The notes: generated by a model from the letters alone, not told the origin. Counted from the first letter of the stretch, positions 1-9,892 are shown. The stretch: DNA of 25,564 bases from an uncultured Dehalococcoidia bacterium (GCA_964506405.1 CAZDMY010000001.1:1-25564), one strand, 5' to 3'. Made by a program: numbers and translations.

Positions 1-110
1 ATTATATAGCCCGGGATAAATATTTCATGGAGCCCTGCCAGCGTTCCGGTAAAAGCGAGTAACGGGCCGATGATCATAGAGCCGGCAGCTATTTCAGCCA
101 GGTAATTCAT
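1..110 (-). CDS. Partial hypothetical hydrophobic/membrane protein, running off the window edge
   Basis: ATG at 108-110 preceded by GGAG; reads MNYLAEIAAGSMIIGPLLAFTGTLAGLHEIFIPGYI with no stop before position 1. Not in the ORF track. Confidence 0.45.
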   Translation of the reverse strand, partial: MNYLAEIAAGSMIIGPLLAFTGTLAGLHEIFIPGYI

Positions 111-160
111 TGAGGTTCTCCAGCATTCTCATTGTTCCGCCTGTTCAGGCTTTGGTTAGA

Positions 161-169
161 ATTCTAGCA
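161..169 (-). promoter_or_regulatory. Putative extended -10 promoter (TGcTAGAAT) for the edge ORF
   Basis: TGn-TAGAAT on the - strand in the 111-244 intergenic gap; no good -35. Confidence 0.3.
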
Positions 170-244
170 CATTTCAGCCGGCAATACCATCCAAAACGAA
201 AAGAGGTGAAACAATGAGTCCGGCCTGAGAATTAGAGGCGGGTT

Positions 245-688
245 TCAGGCGCTTCGGGCCACCGATCTGAATAGCGCGTTACTATCGGATGTTGCCAGCA
301 CCATCGTTGCCAGCACCATACTTTCTTTGATGAGGTCGTCCAGCGTCAACATCCCAACCAGCTTTCCTCCGTTCTGCACGACGGGTAAATACCGCACGCC
401 GTGGTTAGCCATAATCTTGGCGGCTTCAACGGCGTCACATCCGCAGGGAATCCTGGGCCCTTCATTGGTCATCAATGCCCCGGCCCTTTCCCGTTTTGGG
501 CTGTTGCCGGATGCTACAATCTTTGAAATGATGGATCTATCCGTGATCAGGCCACGCAAAATACCCTTTTCACAGACAGGAATCGCACTCATGCCGCTAT
601 CGCGCATTTTCTTAGCTACTTCCGTAATAGGAGTGGAAGGGGCCACGAAACAACAACCGTTCGCCATGATTTCTTCGACTTTCGCCAT
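245..688 (-). CDS. Stand-alone CBS-pair (Bateman domain) protein
   Basis: Two CBS repeats (IPVCEKGILRGLITDRSI; LPVVQNGGKLVGMLTLDDL); SD AAGGAG upstream. Confidence 0.9.
   Translation of the reverse strand: MAKVEEIMANGCCFVAPSTPITEVAKKMRDSGMSAIPVCEKGILRGLITDRSIISKIVASGNSPKRERAGALMTNEGPRIPCGCDAVEAAKIMANHGVRYLPVVQNGGKLVGMLTLDDLIKESMVLATMVLATSDSNALFRSVARSA
291..319. repeat. 15-bp-period tandem duplication encoding MVLAT-MVLAT
   Basis: GTTGCCAGCACCAT at 291-304 and 306-319. Confidence 0.85.
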
Positions 689-733
689 GGTAATCTTTCT
701 CCTTGGTTTTTGTTACTGGAATATGTAGAACGG

Positions 734-994
734 CTATGTCGTCAGACGAACTTTTACCCTTGCATGTGGGTCGGCTACCCGGCGAACCTGGGCAAAAACC
801 TTACCCAGGTGATCCCGATAGCCATCAGAACTCTCGAGACCGGGTGAAATCCCTTCGTTGTTGAGAAGACCAGGGCTGGCACTTATGCTACCAGGGAAAT
901 CCAGCCCTTTATTGTACAGTTCTTTGATCATCTGGAGAGCCTCTTTTTCCTTACCCTCTGTAATGTTATGCTGGACTTCAATTGTTACGAACAT
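734..994 (-). CDS. Small hypothetical protein, N-terminus resembles the ABM (antibiotic biosynthesis monooxygenase-like) dimeric ferredoxin fold
   Basis: Strong SD AAGGAGG; pattern MFVTIEVQHNITEGKEKEALQMIKELY...FPGSIS resembles ABM beta1-alpha1-PG; C-terminal half divergent. Confidence 0.5.
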   Translation of the reverse strand: MFVTIEVQHNITEGKEKEALQMIKELYNKGLDFPGSISASPGLLNNEGISPGLESSDGYRDHLGKVFAQVRRVADPHARVKVRLTT

Positions 995-1224
995 CTGCGC
1001 CTCCTTTTAACTAACTCCGCTCAAGCCACCGGTATCGGTCATCAAAAGATACTGAATTCAAAGCGAAGTTAATAAGATGAGATTTCATATCAGATCCCCG
1101 TTTGACCAGTTACATACAGTTTCCCGATTACTCCGACTCAGGCTATTCTATTTGATTGATGGGAATAATCGTTTACCGTATTTATTTTTCATAATTCATC
1201 GTACAACGTGTTCGGTTGAGTAAC

Positions 1225-1242
1225 AATGGGCATTTGCCCATT
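1225..1242. promoter_or_regulatory. Palindromic candidate transcription-factor site AATGGGCA-TT-TGCCCATT
   Basis: Perfect 8-2-8 inverted repeat in the 995-1314 intergenic region, downstream of the NarL-type regulator and upstream of the ABM-like/CBS genes. Confidence 0.55.
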
Positions 1243-1314
1243 TCGAGGGGATATGAAGCCCGTTTATTGTCTACCGGTTTCTGCCGATCTGCTACTATTG
1301 AGGATTAGACTAGA

Positions 1315-1968
1315 TCACATATCCAGGTTGGTCAATCCCTTACGAATGGCGTATTTAATGAGCCCGCTATATCCCTGAACCTGGAGTTTATCTATGATAC
1401 TGGCCCGGTGATTGCGCACCGTTTTGACGCTGATAAACAAGCTTTCAGCAATTTGTTCATTGGTGTAATCTTCGGCGATCAGCTTAAGAATCTCACGTTC
1501 CCGGTCGGTAAGACTATCGTAGCGATCTTCCTCTTCAGTATTCGTCTTACGAAGGTTCTCGACCACCGCTGTAGCCATGGACGGATACAGGAAAGAGTCG
1601 CCCATATAGACTGTATGAACCGCAGCAATAAGATCAGTGGCCAGCGCATGCTTGGGGATACATCCGGCGGCTCCGGCCTTGATGCTCGAGAGAATATACT
1701 CCTGATTGTCGTGTTGCGTGAGGATAACGATCTTTGTATCGGTGTGCTTTTTATGGATGCGACGGGTTGCCTCAAGGCCATCCATTTTGGGCATAGCGAT
1801 ATCCATCACCACCACATCGGGCATCAATTTTTCAACCTCTTCAAGGGCCTCTCTCCCATTAGTGGCCTCGCCCACGACTTCAATCTCGTTATCCATTGAG
1901 AGCAGGGCCCGGATTCCCTGGCGAACAATTGAATGGTCGTCAACAACAAGCACTTTTATTATCGGCAT
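1315..1968 (-). CDS. NarL/FixJ (LuxR-HTH) family response regulator
   Basis: REC domain (VLVVDDH, VVMDIAMP phospho-Asp) plus LuxR HTH (LTDREREILKLIA...SVKTVRNH). Confidence 0.97.
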   Translation of the reverse strand: MPIIKVLVVDDHSIVRQGIRALLSMDNEIEVVGEATNGREALEEVEKLMPDVVVMDIAMPKMDGLEATRRIHKKHTDTKIVILTQHDNQEYILSSIKAGAAGCIPKHALATDLIAAVHTVYMGDSFLYPSMATAVVENLRKTNTEEEDRYDSLTDREREILKLIAEDYTNEQIAESLFISVKTVRNHRASIIDKLQVQGYSGLIKYAIRKGLTNLDM

Positions 1969-1983
1969 TAAGTAATCCTCTGG

Positions 1984-4900
1984 CTATAAAGGAACCTCAA
2001 CCAGAATCCTGGTCCCTTGCCGAGTCTGAGACTCAACAGAGAAAGTCCCACCCAGTATCTCTGCTCTTTCCCTCATGGAAACGAAGCCAAAACCCTTCAT
2101 GGGGCCTTTATCGAACTGCCCTTCGGGATAGCTGATTCCTTTTCCATTGTCTTCTATTTCGAGAAATATGGATTCACGCGTAAATTCAACCCGTACAGTA
2201 GCCCGTGTCGCTTTAGCGTGTTTGACGATGTTAGTTGTTGCTTCCTGTATGATCCTGAATAGCGCCGTCTCCATTTGTGGCTCGAGTTTCTTAGCTCGTC
2301 CTTTTGTTTCAAAACGGGCTTTTATTCCAGCTCTTCCCAGGTATTCCTCCGCCTGCCAGCGCGCCGCCGCTACAAGCCCCAGATCATCCAGCATGGTCGG
2401 TCGAAGCTCATAAATAATATTTCGTACGTCAACGAGCATGCTGGTAAGCGATGCGCGTACCTGCTTCAAGTTCGATTTGACCTGATCGAAGCCCCAGGGC
2501 AGGGAAGCGACTGAAGCTTCGATCATGGCCGATGCACCGGTTAATACTTGACTGGTCTGATCATGGAGTTCTCGGGCAATACGCCTCCGTTCCTCTTCCT
2601 GCATCAGAATGGACTGGCGCAATCCCTCCCGGCGTACCTGACCTTCATGATGGATCTTTTCGTAGAGTAATGAGTTCTCAACAACGGTACTGATTTGAAG
2701 GCCGATAGTGATTAGTAAATCCTGTTCCACTCTGGTGAGTTCTCGCTCCGGCCCCGAGATAACAGTCAGCACACCGAGTATCTCCCCCTTTGCTTTTAGC
2801 GGCACAAACATCGCTGATCCCAGCGGTACCCCTTCGATAACTTTGACGATATGCTTCTTGATATTATCCCTGACATCTTCCAGTGATGCCACAAATCTGG
2901 GTTCACCAGTTCGTACCACCTGCCCTAAAAGGCTATCCGTCAAATCAAATCCCTGCAGCAGGTGAACATATTTATTTGGGATACCTCGATATACCCTGAG
3001 ATTGGCATGAGATTCATCCTCCAATAGTAACACGAAGCATTGTTTTATGGAGAAAAGCTCGATTATCTTATCGAGAGTGTTATTTAAGACATCGTTCAAA
3101 TTCAGCGAGGATGTCAAGGTTTGTGCGATGGCATTAAGCGTGGTAAGCTCCAGGTTTCGCTGCAGGAGTTGTTTCTCTGTTTGTTTTCGTTCAGAAATAT
3201 CCCGCGTAACACCGATTATTCCGATCGGCCGTTTTGCTTCGTCTCGCAGAAAACGCATTGTTATTTCAACCCAGATTGTATGGCCATCTCTATGGCGCGT
3301 CTCTACTTCAACCGTCCGTGTTCGGGATAAATCAACACCGGGCTCATTTTCCCGCTCGATTTCTTCCGCGAGGATTTCTGTCACGATCCTGTATGAATCG
3401 GGGGCCAGGTTTTCCTCCGGTCTTCTGGTCAGAGCTTCTTTCACGGTGTATCCCTGCATCTCGGTAATCGACGGGCTGATATACGTATACCGAAGGTGCA
3501 TATCCATCGTCCAGATCACATCAGTAACGTTTTCTGCGAGTAACCGATACAATCGAACGCTTTCTTCCAGCGCATCCTCGGCCTCTTTTCGTTTAGTGAT
3601 ATCGCGGATAACGACCAGAATCCCTTGTGTTCCCTGACTTAGCGTGAGCAAGCTTGGCCTGGTATCGGCAATAATGTTACCACCGTTTCGATGGTGGATT
3701 ACAATCTCAATCGATTGGGGTGGAACGCCTTTCGTAACCGTTTCATTCAGTGTACGTTCGACATCGGGAAGCGATTCTTCACTCAACAGCCCTGTTTCTG
3801 AAAATCTCTTTCCGATCATTTCCTCTGGGTCATGGCCACAAAGGTCCATTAACCTGGAATTGACATCAATAATCGTTCCTGTCATATCGACGTAGACAAT
3901 GGTATCTGTAACGTTTTCAAATATTGAGCGGAACCTTTCCTCGCTGTCAATCAAGGCTTGCTGGGCAATTTGACGATCAGTGATATCCTCAATAATACCA
4001 TCGAAGTAGAGGATGTCCCCCTCATCCCCCTTGACTGCCACGGCGGTAACCGAACAGATGATAGGCGTTCCGTCTTTCTTCTTCAATATCACGAGCTCGT
4101 TATTTATCGATCCCCGGGTCTGAAGTTTCCGGCTCAGTTCGGTTCTATCTTCAGGATCTACATAAAGGTCCGAAACATTGATTTCCAGGAATTCCTCCTT
4201 ACTATCATATCCGAACATCTTGTAATGGAACGGATTGATTTCGAGGAATTTCCCCTCATCGCCCGGAGTGTTTCGATAAACCCCCACCGCCAGATTATTG
4301 GTCAGCGTCTTGTATTTTTCTTCACTCTCGATTAAGGCCATTTCGGCCAGCTTTTGAGCGGTAATATCAGTCACAATCCCGGTGATACCAACGATATCAC
4401 CGCCCTTAACCATCTTCCGGCTGGAAGTACGCACAAACCGAATCCGGTTATTACAATCCACAATTCTAAACTCATGAGGTTCATACTGGCCTCGCAATGT
4501 TTGTTCGTAACTGGTAACCAGCCCCGGCAAATCCCCGGGCATAACAAATTCGGTGAAGTGCTTGAACAGGACATCCTCAACACGGTAACCCCAGATGCTT
4601 TCGATAACCGGGCTGGCATAGGTAAAATATCCCTGGGTATCGAGTGAGAAAATGACGTCATTGATATTCTCGACCAGCGATCGGTATTTCTCCTCCGATT
4701 CTTTCACTGCCATCTCCGCCTGCTTGCGTTCGGTGATATCACGAACCAGGTTGATGGAGCCGATTGGCGTGCCTGCGCTGTCGTATATCAGCGAAGCGCT
4801 TGCTTCGACATCGAATTCCTCCCCGTTCCGTCTAATAAAACGGTATTCACAGGGCTTGCTGAATCCATTTTTCAGTAACTCTTCTACTTGTAGATTCACC

Positions 4901-5985
4901 CTATCTCGATCGCTTTCACTAATGAATTGAAATCCGTTCACGCCTATCAGTTCTTCCTTCGACGAGTAGCCGCCCATACGAACAGCAGCTTCATTCAAGT
5001 CGATGGTATTCCCTTCGAGGTCGGTCAATGATATCCCGTCCTGTATGGCTTCAAACATGGCTCGTAACTTTTCTTCACTGGCACGCAAGGCTTCCTCTTT
5101 GCGTTTTCTATCGGTGATATCGCGGGCGATCATGACAAGCGTTACGATTTTCCCATCCCTGGTGATGGGGCCAAATCGCGTTTCCAGAGTATATGTTTGT
5201 TTGTCGGGGAAGATTACTTCGGTCTCAATAATTTCGAATAATCCGGCATTGAACGTATTAAAGGCTGCACTCTTGAATCGATCATGGTCCCGGGGTGAGA
5301 TATAATCCAGCACATTGGACCCAATCGCTTCTTTGATTGTATGCCCGGGTGCTGGCTGGTTGGCAAATAGAATGGTAAAATCCCTGTCAAACTCAACAAT
5401 GTAATCCGGCGAGTTCTCCAAAATCGATGTGGACCGCTCTTCGCTTTCCCGTAGCGCCTGCTCTACACGTTCTCTTTCCTCGATTTGATCTTGCAGCAAT
5501 TCGGTTCTCTCCAGGACCATGACCTCGAGGTTTTCCCGGTATCTATCCAGTTCATCCTCTATTTCCTTCTTTTCAGTGCAGTCATGAGATACAATCTGTA
5601 TTGCGAATATATCTCCTGACGTATCCTTAACCGGATAGAAATGAGATACAAACCACCTGTCACCTTCAGGAAGGTTAATACGGTCCTCAAACTGGTCCCC
5701 TTGCCCCTTTTTCAGGACATGTTTGATCCGTTCGTCGGTGATATCCGCCAAATCCGGTAATATTTCACGAAGGCATTTGCTTATAAATGATTCCGGTGTT
5801 CCGCCTAGATTATGAGCACCGATCTTGTTGATCAACAATACATACCCATCAAGAGTCAGGTAGGTAATAGGAATCTGAGTATTATCCACCAGGACGCGGT
5901 AGCGTTCTTCGCTGGCGATCACATGCTGGCGCATGCGCGTCAACTCTTTTGCCAGCTCGGCACGGGTTTTGTTTTGGTGATCCAT
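1984..5985 (-). CDS. Cytoplasmic sensor histidine kinase: about 7 PAS/PAC + GAF + HisKA_3 + HATPase_c
   Basis: Seven PAC-type linkers (DCTEKK, DITDRK, DITERK, DITAQK, DITDRQ, DITKRK, DISERK); H-box RRIARELHD; N-box QEATTNIVKHA; G1 EDNGKG; no obvious TM segment. Confidence 0.95.
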   Translation of the reverse strand: MDHQNKTRAELAKELTRMRQHVIASEERYRVLVDNTQIPITYLTLDGYVLLINKIGAHNLGGTPESFISKCLREILPDLADITDERIKHVLKKGQGDQFEDRINLPEGDRWFVSHFYPVKDTSGDIFAIQIVSHDCTEKKEIEDELDRYRENLEVMVLERTELLQDQIEERERVEQALRESEERSTSILENSPDYIVEFDRDFTILFANQPAPGHTIKEAIGSNVLDYISPRDHDRFKSAAFNTFNAGLFEIIETEVIFPDKQTYTLETRFGPITRDGKIVTLVMIARDITDRKRKEEALRASEEKLRAMFEAIQDGISLTDLEGNTIDLNEAAVRMGGYSSKEELIGVNGFQFISESDRDRVNLQVEELLKNGFSKPCEYRFIRRNGEEFDVEASASLIYDSAGTPIGSINLVRDITERKQAEMAVKESEEKYRSLVENINDVIFSLDTQGYFTYASPVIESIWGYRVEDVLFKHFTEFVMPGDLPGLVTSYEQTLRGQYEPHEFRIVDCNNRIRFVRTSSRKMVKGGDIVGITGIVTDITAQKLAEMALIESEEKYKTLTNNLAVGVYRNTPGDEGKFLEINPFHYKMFGYDSKEEFLEINVSDLYVDPEDRTELSRKLQTRGSINNELVILKKKDGTPIICSVTAVAVKGDEGDILYFDGIIEDITDRQIAQQALIDSEERFRSIFENVTDTIVYVDMTGTIIDVNSRLMDLCGHDPEEMIGKRFSETGLLSEESLPDVERTLNETVTKGVPPQSIEIVIHHRNGGNIIADTRPSLLTLSQGTQGILVVIRDITKRKEAEDALEESVRLYRLLAENVTDVIWTMDMHLRYTYISPSITEMQGYTVKEALTRRPEENLAPDSYRIVTEILAEEIERENEPGVDLSRTRTVEVETRHRDGHTIWVEITMRFLRDEAKRPIGIIGVTRDISERKQTEKQLLQRNLELTTLNAIAQTLTSSLNLNDVLNNTLDKIIELFSIKQCFVLLLEDESHANLRVYRGIPNKYVHLLQGFDLTDSLLGQVVRTGEPRFVASLEDVRDNIKKHIVKVIEGVPLGSAMFVPLKAKGEILGVLTVISGPERELTRVEQDLLITIGLQISTVVENSLLYEKIHHEGQVRREGLRQSILMQEEERRRIARELHDQTSQVLTGASAMIEASVASLPWGFDQVKSNLKQVRASLTSMLVDVRNIIYELRPTMLDDLGLVAAARWQAEEYLGRAGIKARFETKGRAKKLEPQMETALFRIIQEATTNIVKHAKATRATVRVEFTRESIFLEIEDNGKGISYPEGQFDKGPMKGFGFVSMRERAEILGGTFSVESQTRQGTRILVEVPL

Positions 5986-6080
5986 GTTATCGATCTTGCT
6001 CTATCAAAGACTTGGTTTAAGAATCATATTTATTCAAGGTGTTGCCTATTATAACGATAACCTCAAGAAAAAACCAGCCG

Positions 6081-8450
6081 TTAACTTGCTTGCTCTTTGA
6101 CCACCTGGGAGAGGTCCAGACGGCTTGCGTTGCGTAAACCCGGTATCTGTGAAAGTAAAACGACGAGAACGACAATCCCGGCAGTGAGTGCGTAAGTTGA
6201 GGGAAAGATGATAAGATCCATCGAGAACATATCACCCTGGAACAAACTGAAAAAGTAAACGGCCAGTCCGTATCCCAGAATAATACCGGGGATTAATCCT
6301 GCCAACCCGAGAATGAGGTTTTCAATAGTGATCATCCCGGCAATACGGCTGTTCCCTTCTCCCAACGTGCGCATGGTAGCGATCTCACGGCGACGCTCCA
6401 GGATATTCACGGTCACGGTGGTAAATACAATCGATCCTGAAAGCGTTGCACCAAAAAGTAACATGATCCACAACATTGCTGTACCCGATTCCATCATGGT
6501 TTCAATCTGTTCATGAGATTCGGAAGACAGTTCCACGGAAGCTGCCCCGGCCTTGAAAGCGTTATCTCGAATATCGTCTTCATATTCTTGATCAACTGAG
6601 AGTAATATCCCGTTTAGTATGTTGTCGTTCAGTAGAGACCGGACCGTCTCGATATCGACATACCCGAAGTTACCCATAGGGTCTTTTATGAACCCTTGTA
6701 TCACCATCGGCATACGAACAGATCCTGATGGCATCTGTACCATGACGGAAATTGTCTCACCTGCGGAAACATCAAGGGTATCGCCCAGGGATTCGGTAAG
6801 CATAATCCCCGTTTTACTAACTGAAACCGAATCACGCGAAGGTGAATACAAACCCCTTAGTTCACTATTTTCCGGAAGGGCGGTTAGAAGCGTGGTGTAG
6901 CTGGCTCCCTGGTATGACAATTTGGCCGGAGCCTCCAGAATGGGCTCAGCTTTTTTCACGCCTTCCCAATCTTGAAATTCATTCAATAAGTTATCGGAGC
7001 GGGGCTCGGCAAAAAGAATCTTTACGTCGTATCGCTGGATTTTATTGAACTGCAGGTCGATCATATCCTTCATGGAGTCGATCATTCCGGCCGATACCAG
7101 AATAAGGCTTATTCCCAAAATTACCCCAATAACAGTGTAAAGGCTTCGCCTGCCATTGCGAAAGATGTTCCGCAAAGGAATCTTCCAGAGTGAGGACATT
7201 TTGCTGATAAACGGGAATATGCGCTCCAGCAGAAGCCGTCGGCCCGCTGCCGGCGCAGGTGTTCGCATGGCCTCAGCCGGAAGTATACGGGAGGCCCTCC
7301 ATGCCGGCATCAAACCCGCGATTGCACAGGGAAGAACACCGAGCATGATGCCGGTCCCTATGGAAGTCCAATGGCTCTGGGTGGTAGTGAATGGCAGATT
7401 GATCAGCGAAGCATAAAACTCGGTCAACAATTCGGAAAGGAAATAACCGGTGATGATCCCGGCAATCGAACCCAGAATGCCTATCCCCAGAGAGAAGCCC
7501 AGATAGTGAGTCATAACCCTTCTCCGTGAATAGCCAACGGCACGCATCAATCCGATTTGATTCCTCTGGTTGTAGACGATTCGAGTGAGTAGAATATAGA
7601 TTGCCATCGCACCTACAATAACGAACAGAGCCGGAAACATCTGCGCCATAGTCTGAAACTGCTCCAAATCCATCTCCAGTCCGGCATAGCTTGGGACATC
7701 TTCCTTCATAACGATATCCAATATCTTGTTTTCCAGTGATTGTTCAATTTGCGGGCGAACGTCCTCGAGTTCGGTGCCTTTCTCAAGTAAGAAACAGTAT
7801 TCATTGATGGGTTCATTCAGTAAACCGGCTCTTATTTGTTCTGGAACGAAAACAACTCCCCACACCTCAGGAGAAACCAGTAATTCCTGACGGCTTTTGG
7901 CATAGAAAATGTACTCCGGACTGGTGGCAATTCCCACTACTTCAAAAATGGTTTCTTCACCCTTAAGGTTCAGCAAAACCGTATCGTCGGGTTCGATTGC
8001 ATGGTGCTGGGCAAAATGCTTTTCCAGTATGATTGAACGTTCATCGTTTTCGCTGAAGAAGTGCCCGTCTTCAACATGAATATCGTTAACGGTATCCGAT
8101 TCGGAATTTGAAGCAGAGGGTAGGGATAGTGTTCGTACCAGGACATTTTTCCTTCGATCGCCGGGCAGTGTAAGAGAGTAATCGGCATTCATTCTACCCG
8201 TAACAGCCTTTATTCCCGGGATGGATTCAAGGTCTGCTTCGACATCGCCAACCTCGTCCGATAACTGGATGGTGAAATCAGCGAAATTGAGTCTATCATA
8301 TGAATAATCGTATGAACCATTCAGGTTTTCATAGGCCATAAACATGATGCCGAAGAAAGTCACTGCCAGGAAGATGACAATCGTGACGGCGACAAACAGG
8401 CCTTTAGATGAACCGAAATCTCGAATCAGTTTGCGGTCCAGTTTGTTCAT
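6081..8450 (-). CDS. ABC transporter permease, duplicated MacB/FtsX-type
   Basis: Two MacB_PCD+FtsX halves, each with the conserved motif (QRNQIGLMRAVGYS; ERRREIATMRTLG). Confidence 0.92.
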   Translation of the reverse strand: MNKLDRKLIRDFGSSKGLFVAVTIVIFLAVTFFGIMFMAYENLNGSYDYSYDRLNFADFTIQLSDEVGDVEADLESIPGIKAVTGRMNADYSLTLPGDRRKNVLVRTLSLPSASNSESDTVNDIHVEDGHFFSENDERSIILEKHFAQHHAIEPDDTVLLNLKGEETIFEVVGIATSPEYIFYAKSRQELLVSPEVWGVVFVPEQIRAGLLNEPINEYCFLLEKGTELEDVRPQIEQSLENKILDIVMKEDVPSYAGLEMDLEQFQTMAQMFPALFVIVGAMAIYILLTRIVYNQRNQIGLMRAVGYSRRRVMTHYLGFSLGIGILGSIAGIITGYFLSELLTEFYASLINLPFTTTQSHWTSIGTGIMLGVLPCAIAGLMPAWRASRILPAEAMRTPAPAAGRRLLLERIFPFISKMSSLWKIPLRNIFRNGRRSLYTVIGVILGISLILVSAGMIDSMKDMIDLQFNKIQRYDVKILFAEPRSDNLLNEFQDWEGVKKAEPILEAPAKLSYQGASYTTLLTALPENSELRGLYSPSRDSVSVSKTGIMLTESLGDTLDVSAGETISVMVQMPSGSVRMPMVIQGFIKDPMGNFGYVDIETVRSLLNDNILNGILLSVDQEYEDDIRDNAFKAGAASVELSSESHEQIETMMESGTAMLWIMLLFGATLSGSIVFTTVTVNILERRREIATMRTLGEGNSRIAGMITIENLILGLAGLIPGIILGYGLAVYFFSLFQGDMFSMDLIIFPSTYALTAGIVVLVVLLSQIPGLRNASRLDLSQVVKEQAS

Positions 8451-8453
8451 GCT

Positions 8454-9161
8454 CTACCACCTGAGCTCACGAGGATCCACTGGCGTATCCACCTGCTGGA
8501 TATCGCTGATTTCGCCGCTCCTCATGCGCACGATCCGGTCGGCCATATCTCCAATGGCCGTGTTATGGGTCACGAGAAGAACCGTTTTTTTTCGCTCCTG
8601 GTTGATGTTTCGCATGGCGGCCAGTATGAGTTTGCCTGTATCGAAATCGAGATCTCCCGTCGGTTCATCTGCCAGGATAATTGGAGGATCTTTGACCATG
8701 GCTCGAGCAATGGCCACCCTTTGCTGTTCTCCACCGGAAAGCTCGCTGGGGAAATGATCGGCTCGACCACCTAAACCGACAATTTCCAGAACCTCTGCCG
8801 CACCTCGAGGGTTTTTGACAAGTTCACCAGCAAATTCAACGTTCTCCCGAGCAGTCAGCGAGGGAATCAAATTAAAAAACTGAAAAATAAACCCGATATG
8901 CTCACGGCGATACCTGGTTAATCCTTTCTCATTGAGCTTGCTGATATTGAGACCATCGGATATTATGGTGCCGGATGTGGGTGAATCCATTCCCCCCACA
9001 AGGTTCAAGAGTGTGGTCTTGCCTGAGCCACTGGGACCCAGTATCACGATAAATTCCCCTTTCTGAATGGTCAATGAAACATTTGATAATGCATTAACCT
9101 CGACTTGCCCCATCCGGTAAATGCGAGAGACGTTGTCCATTTGGAGTAACGGTTCTGCCAT
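8454..9161 (-). CDS. ABC transporter ATP-binding protein (LolD/MacB family)
   Basis: Walker A GPSGSGKT, signature LSGGEQQ, Walker B ILADEPT, H-loop VTH. ATG at 9161 chosen (SD GGGGGA) over the TTG at 9164. Confidence 0.96.
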   Translation of the reverse strand: MAEPLLQMDNVSRIYRMGQVEVNALSNVSLTIQKGEFIVILGPSGSGKTTLLNLVGGMDSPTSGTIISDGLNISKLNEKGLTRYRREHIGFIFQFFNLIPSLTARENVEFAGELVKNPRGAAEVLEIVGLGGRADHFPSELSGGEQQRVAIARAMVKDPPIILADEPTGDLDFDTGKLILAAMRNINQERKKTVLLVTHNTAIGDMADRIVRMRSGEISDIQQVDTPVDPRELRW

Positions 9162-9182
9162 CAAATTCCCCCACGTATCGAT

Positions 9183-9863
9183 TTAGTTACCGACGAATGC
9201 AAGTAATATATCCTTTCCAACGATACCGATGCTCCTTTCGGGTGCCCTTAGTATTCTTTCAACAGTTGTTTCCAGAGCAGTGTATTTTTGCTCCAGCCTG
9301 TTGAAAACGCTGTCACTCGATTTCTCATTCAGTATGATCAGGGCGGAACTCTCACCTACACTGGAAACGAGCATCATGATTTGTTCGGCTGTCTCGTGAG
9401 GATCACGTATGTCAAACACACCTTCGGTCGAACCCTGTTCAAGAACAAGTTCAAGTTTTGGGATGATAATCTCCATGGCACGACGTGTCATTTTTTGTCG
9501 AAGCAGCGTATTCTCGGGCTTATATATTATTTGAATCAACATTTGAACGAATGCCTTGTTTTCCATTTTCAGGGTTGCTACCTCAGCGAAGTATTGATTA
9601 AACTTTTCCAGTCCGTTAAGAGAGCTATTATTCATGATCCTGTTCAAGGTGGCGTCAATATCACTAGTGAACCTTTCCACAAGCTGGTCCAGAAGATCCT
9701 CTTTGGATTTGAAGTAATGATAGAATGTGCCTTTGGCGATACCGGCGGCTTCGATTATCTCCGATACAGGTGTTGCTCCATATCCCTTTTCCGAGAATAA
9801 ACTTTGCGCAGTATCAATCAGTTCATTTCTGCGCACTTCGTGTGGTTTTATGACTCTTTTCAT
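9183..9863 (-). CDS. TetR/AcrR family transcriptional regulator
   Basis: N-terminal HTH RNELIDTAQSLFSEKGY...AGIAKGTFYHYFKSKEDLL; SD GGAG. Confidence 0.96.
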   Translation of the reverse strand: MKRVIKPHEVRRNELIDTAQSLFSEKGYGATPVSEIIEAAGIAKGTFYHYFKSKEDLLDQLVERFTSDIDATLNRIMNNSSLNGLEKFNQYFAEVATLKMENKAFVQMLIQIIYKPENTLLRQKMTRRAMEIIIPKLELVLEQGSTEGVFDIRDPHETAEQIMMLVSSVGESSALIILNEKSSDSVFNRLEQKYTALETTVERILRAPERSIGIVGKDILLAFVGN

Positions 9864-9892
9864 CCAAAAGCTCCAAAACTACCTAAACCATA

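Noticed and set aside
2700-5600. Recurrent GATATC...CG/TT-like stretches in the kinase gene as a possible repeat array or CRISPR
   Set aside because: They are the coding PAS/PAC linker motifs; no identical DNA repeats with unique spacers.
1315-5985. Link of the PAS/NarL system to reductive dehalogenase regulation
   Set aside because: Such systems flank rdh genes in Dehalococcoides, but no rdhA/rdhB is present in this window.
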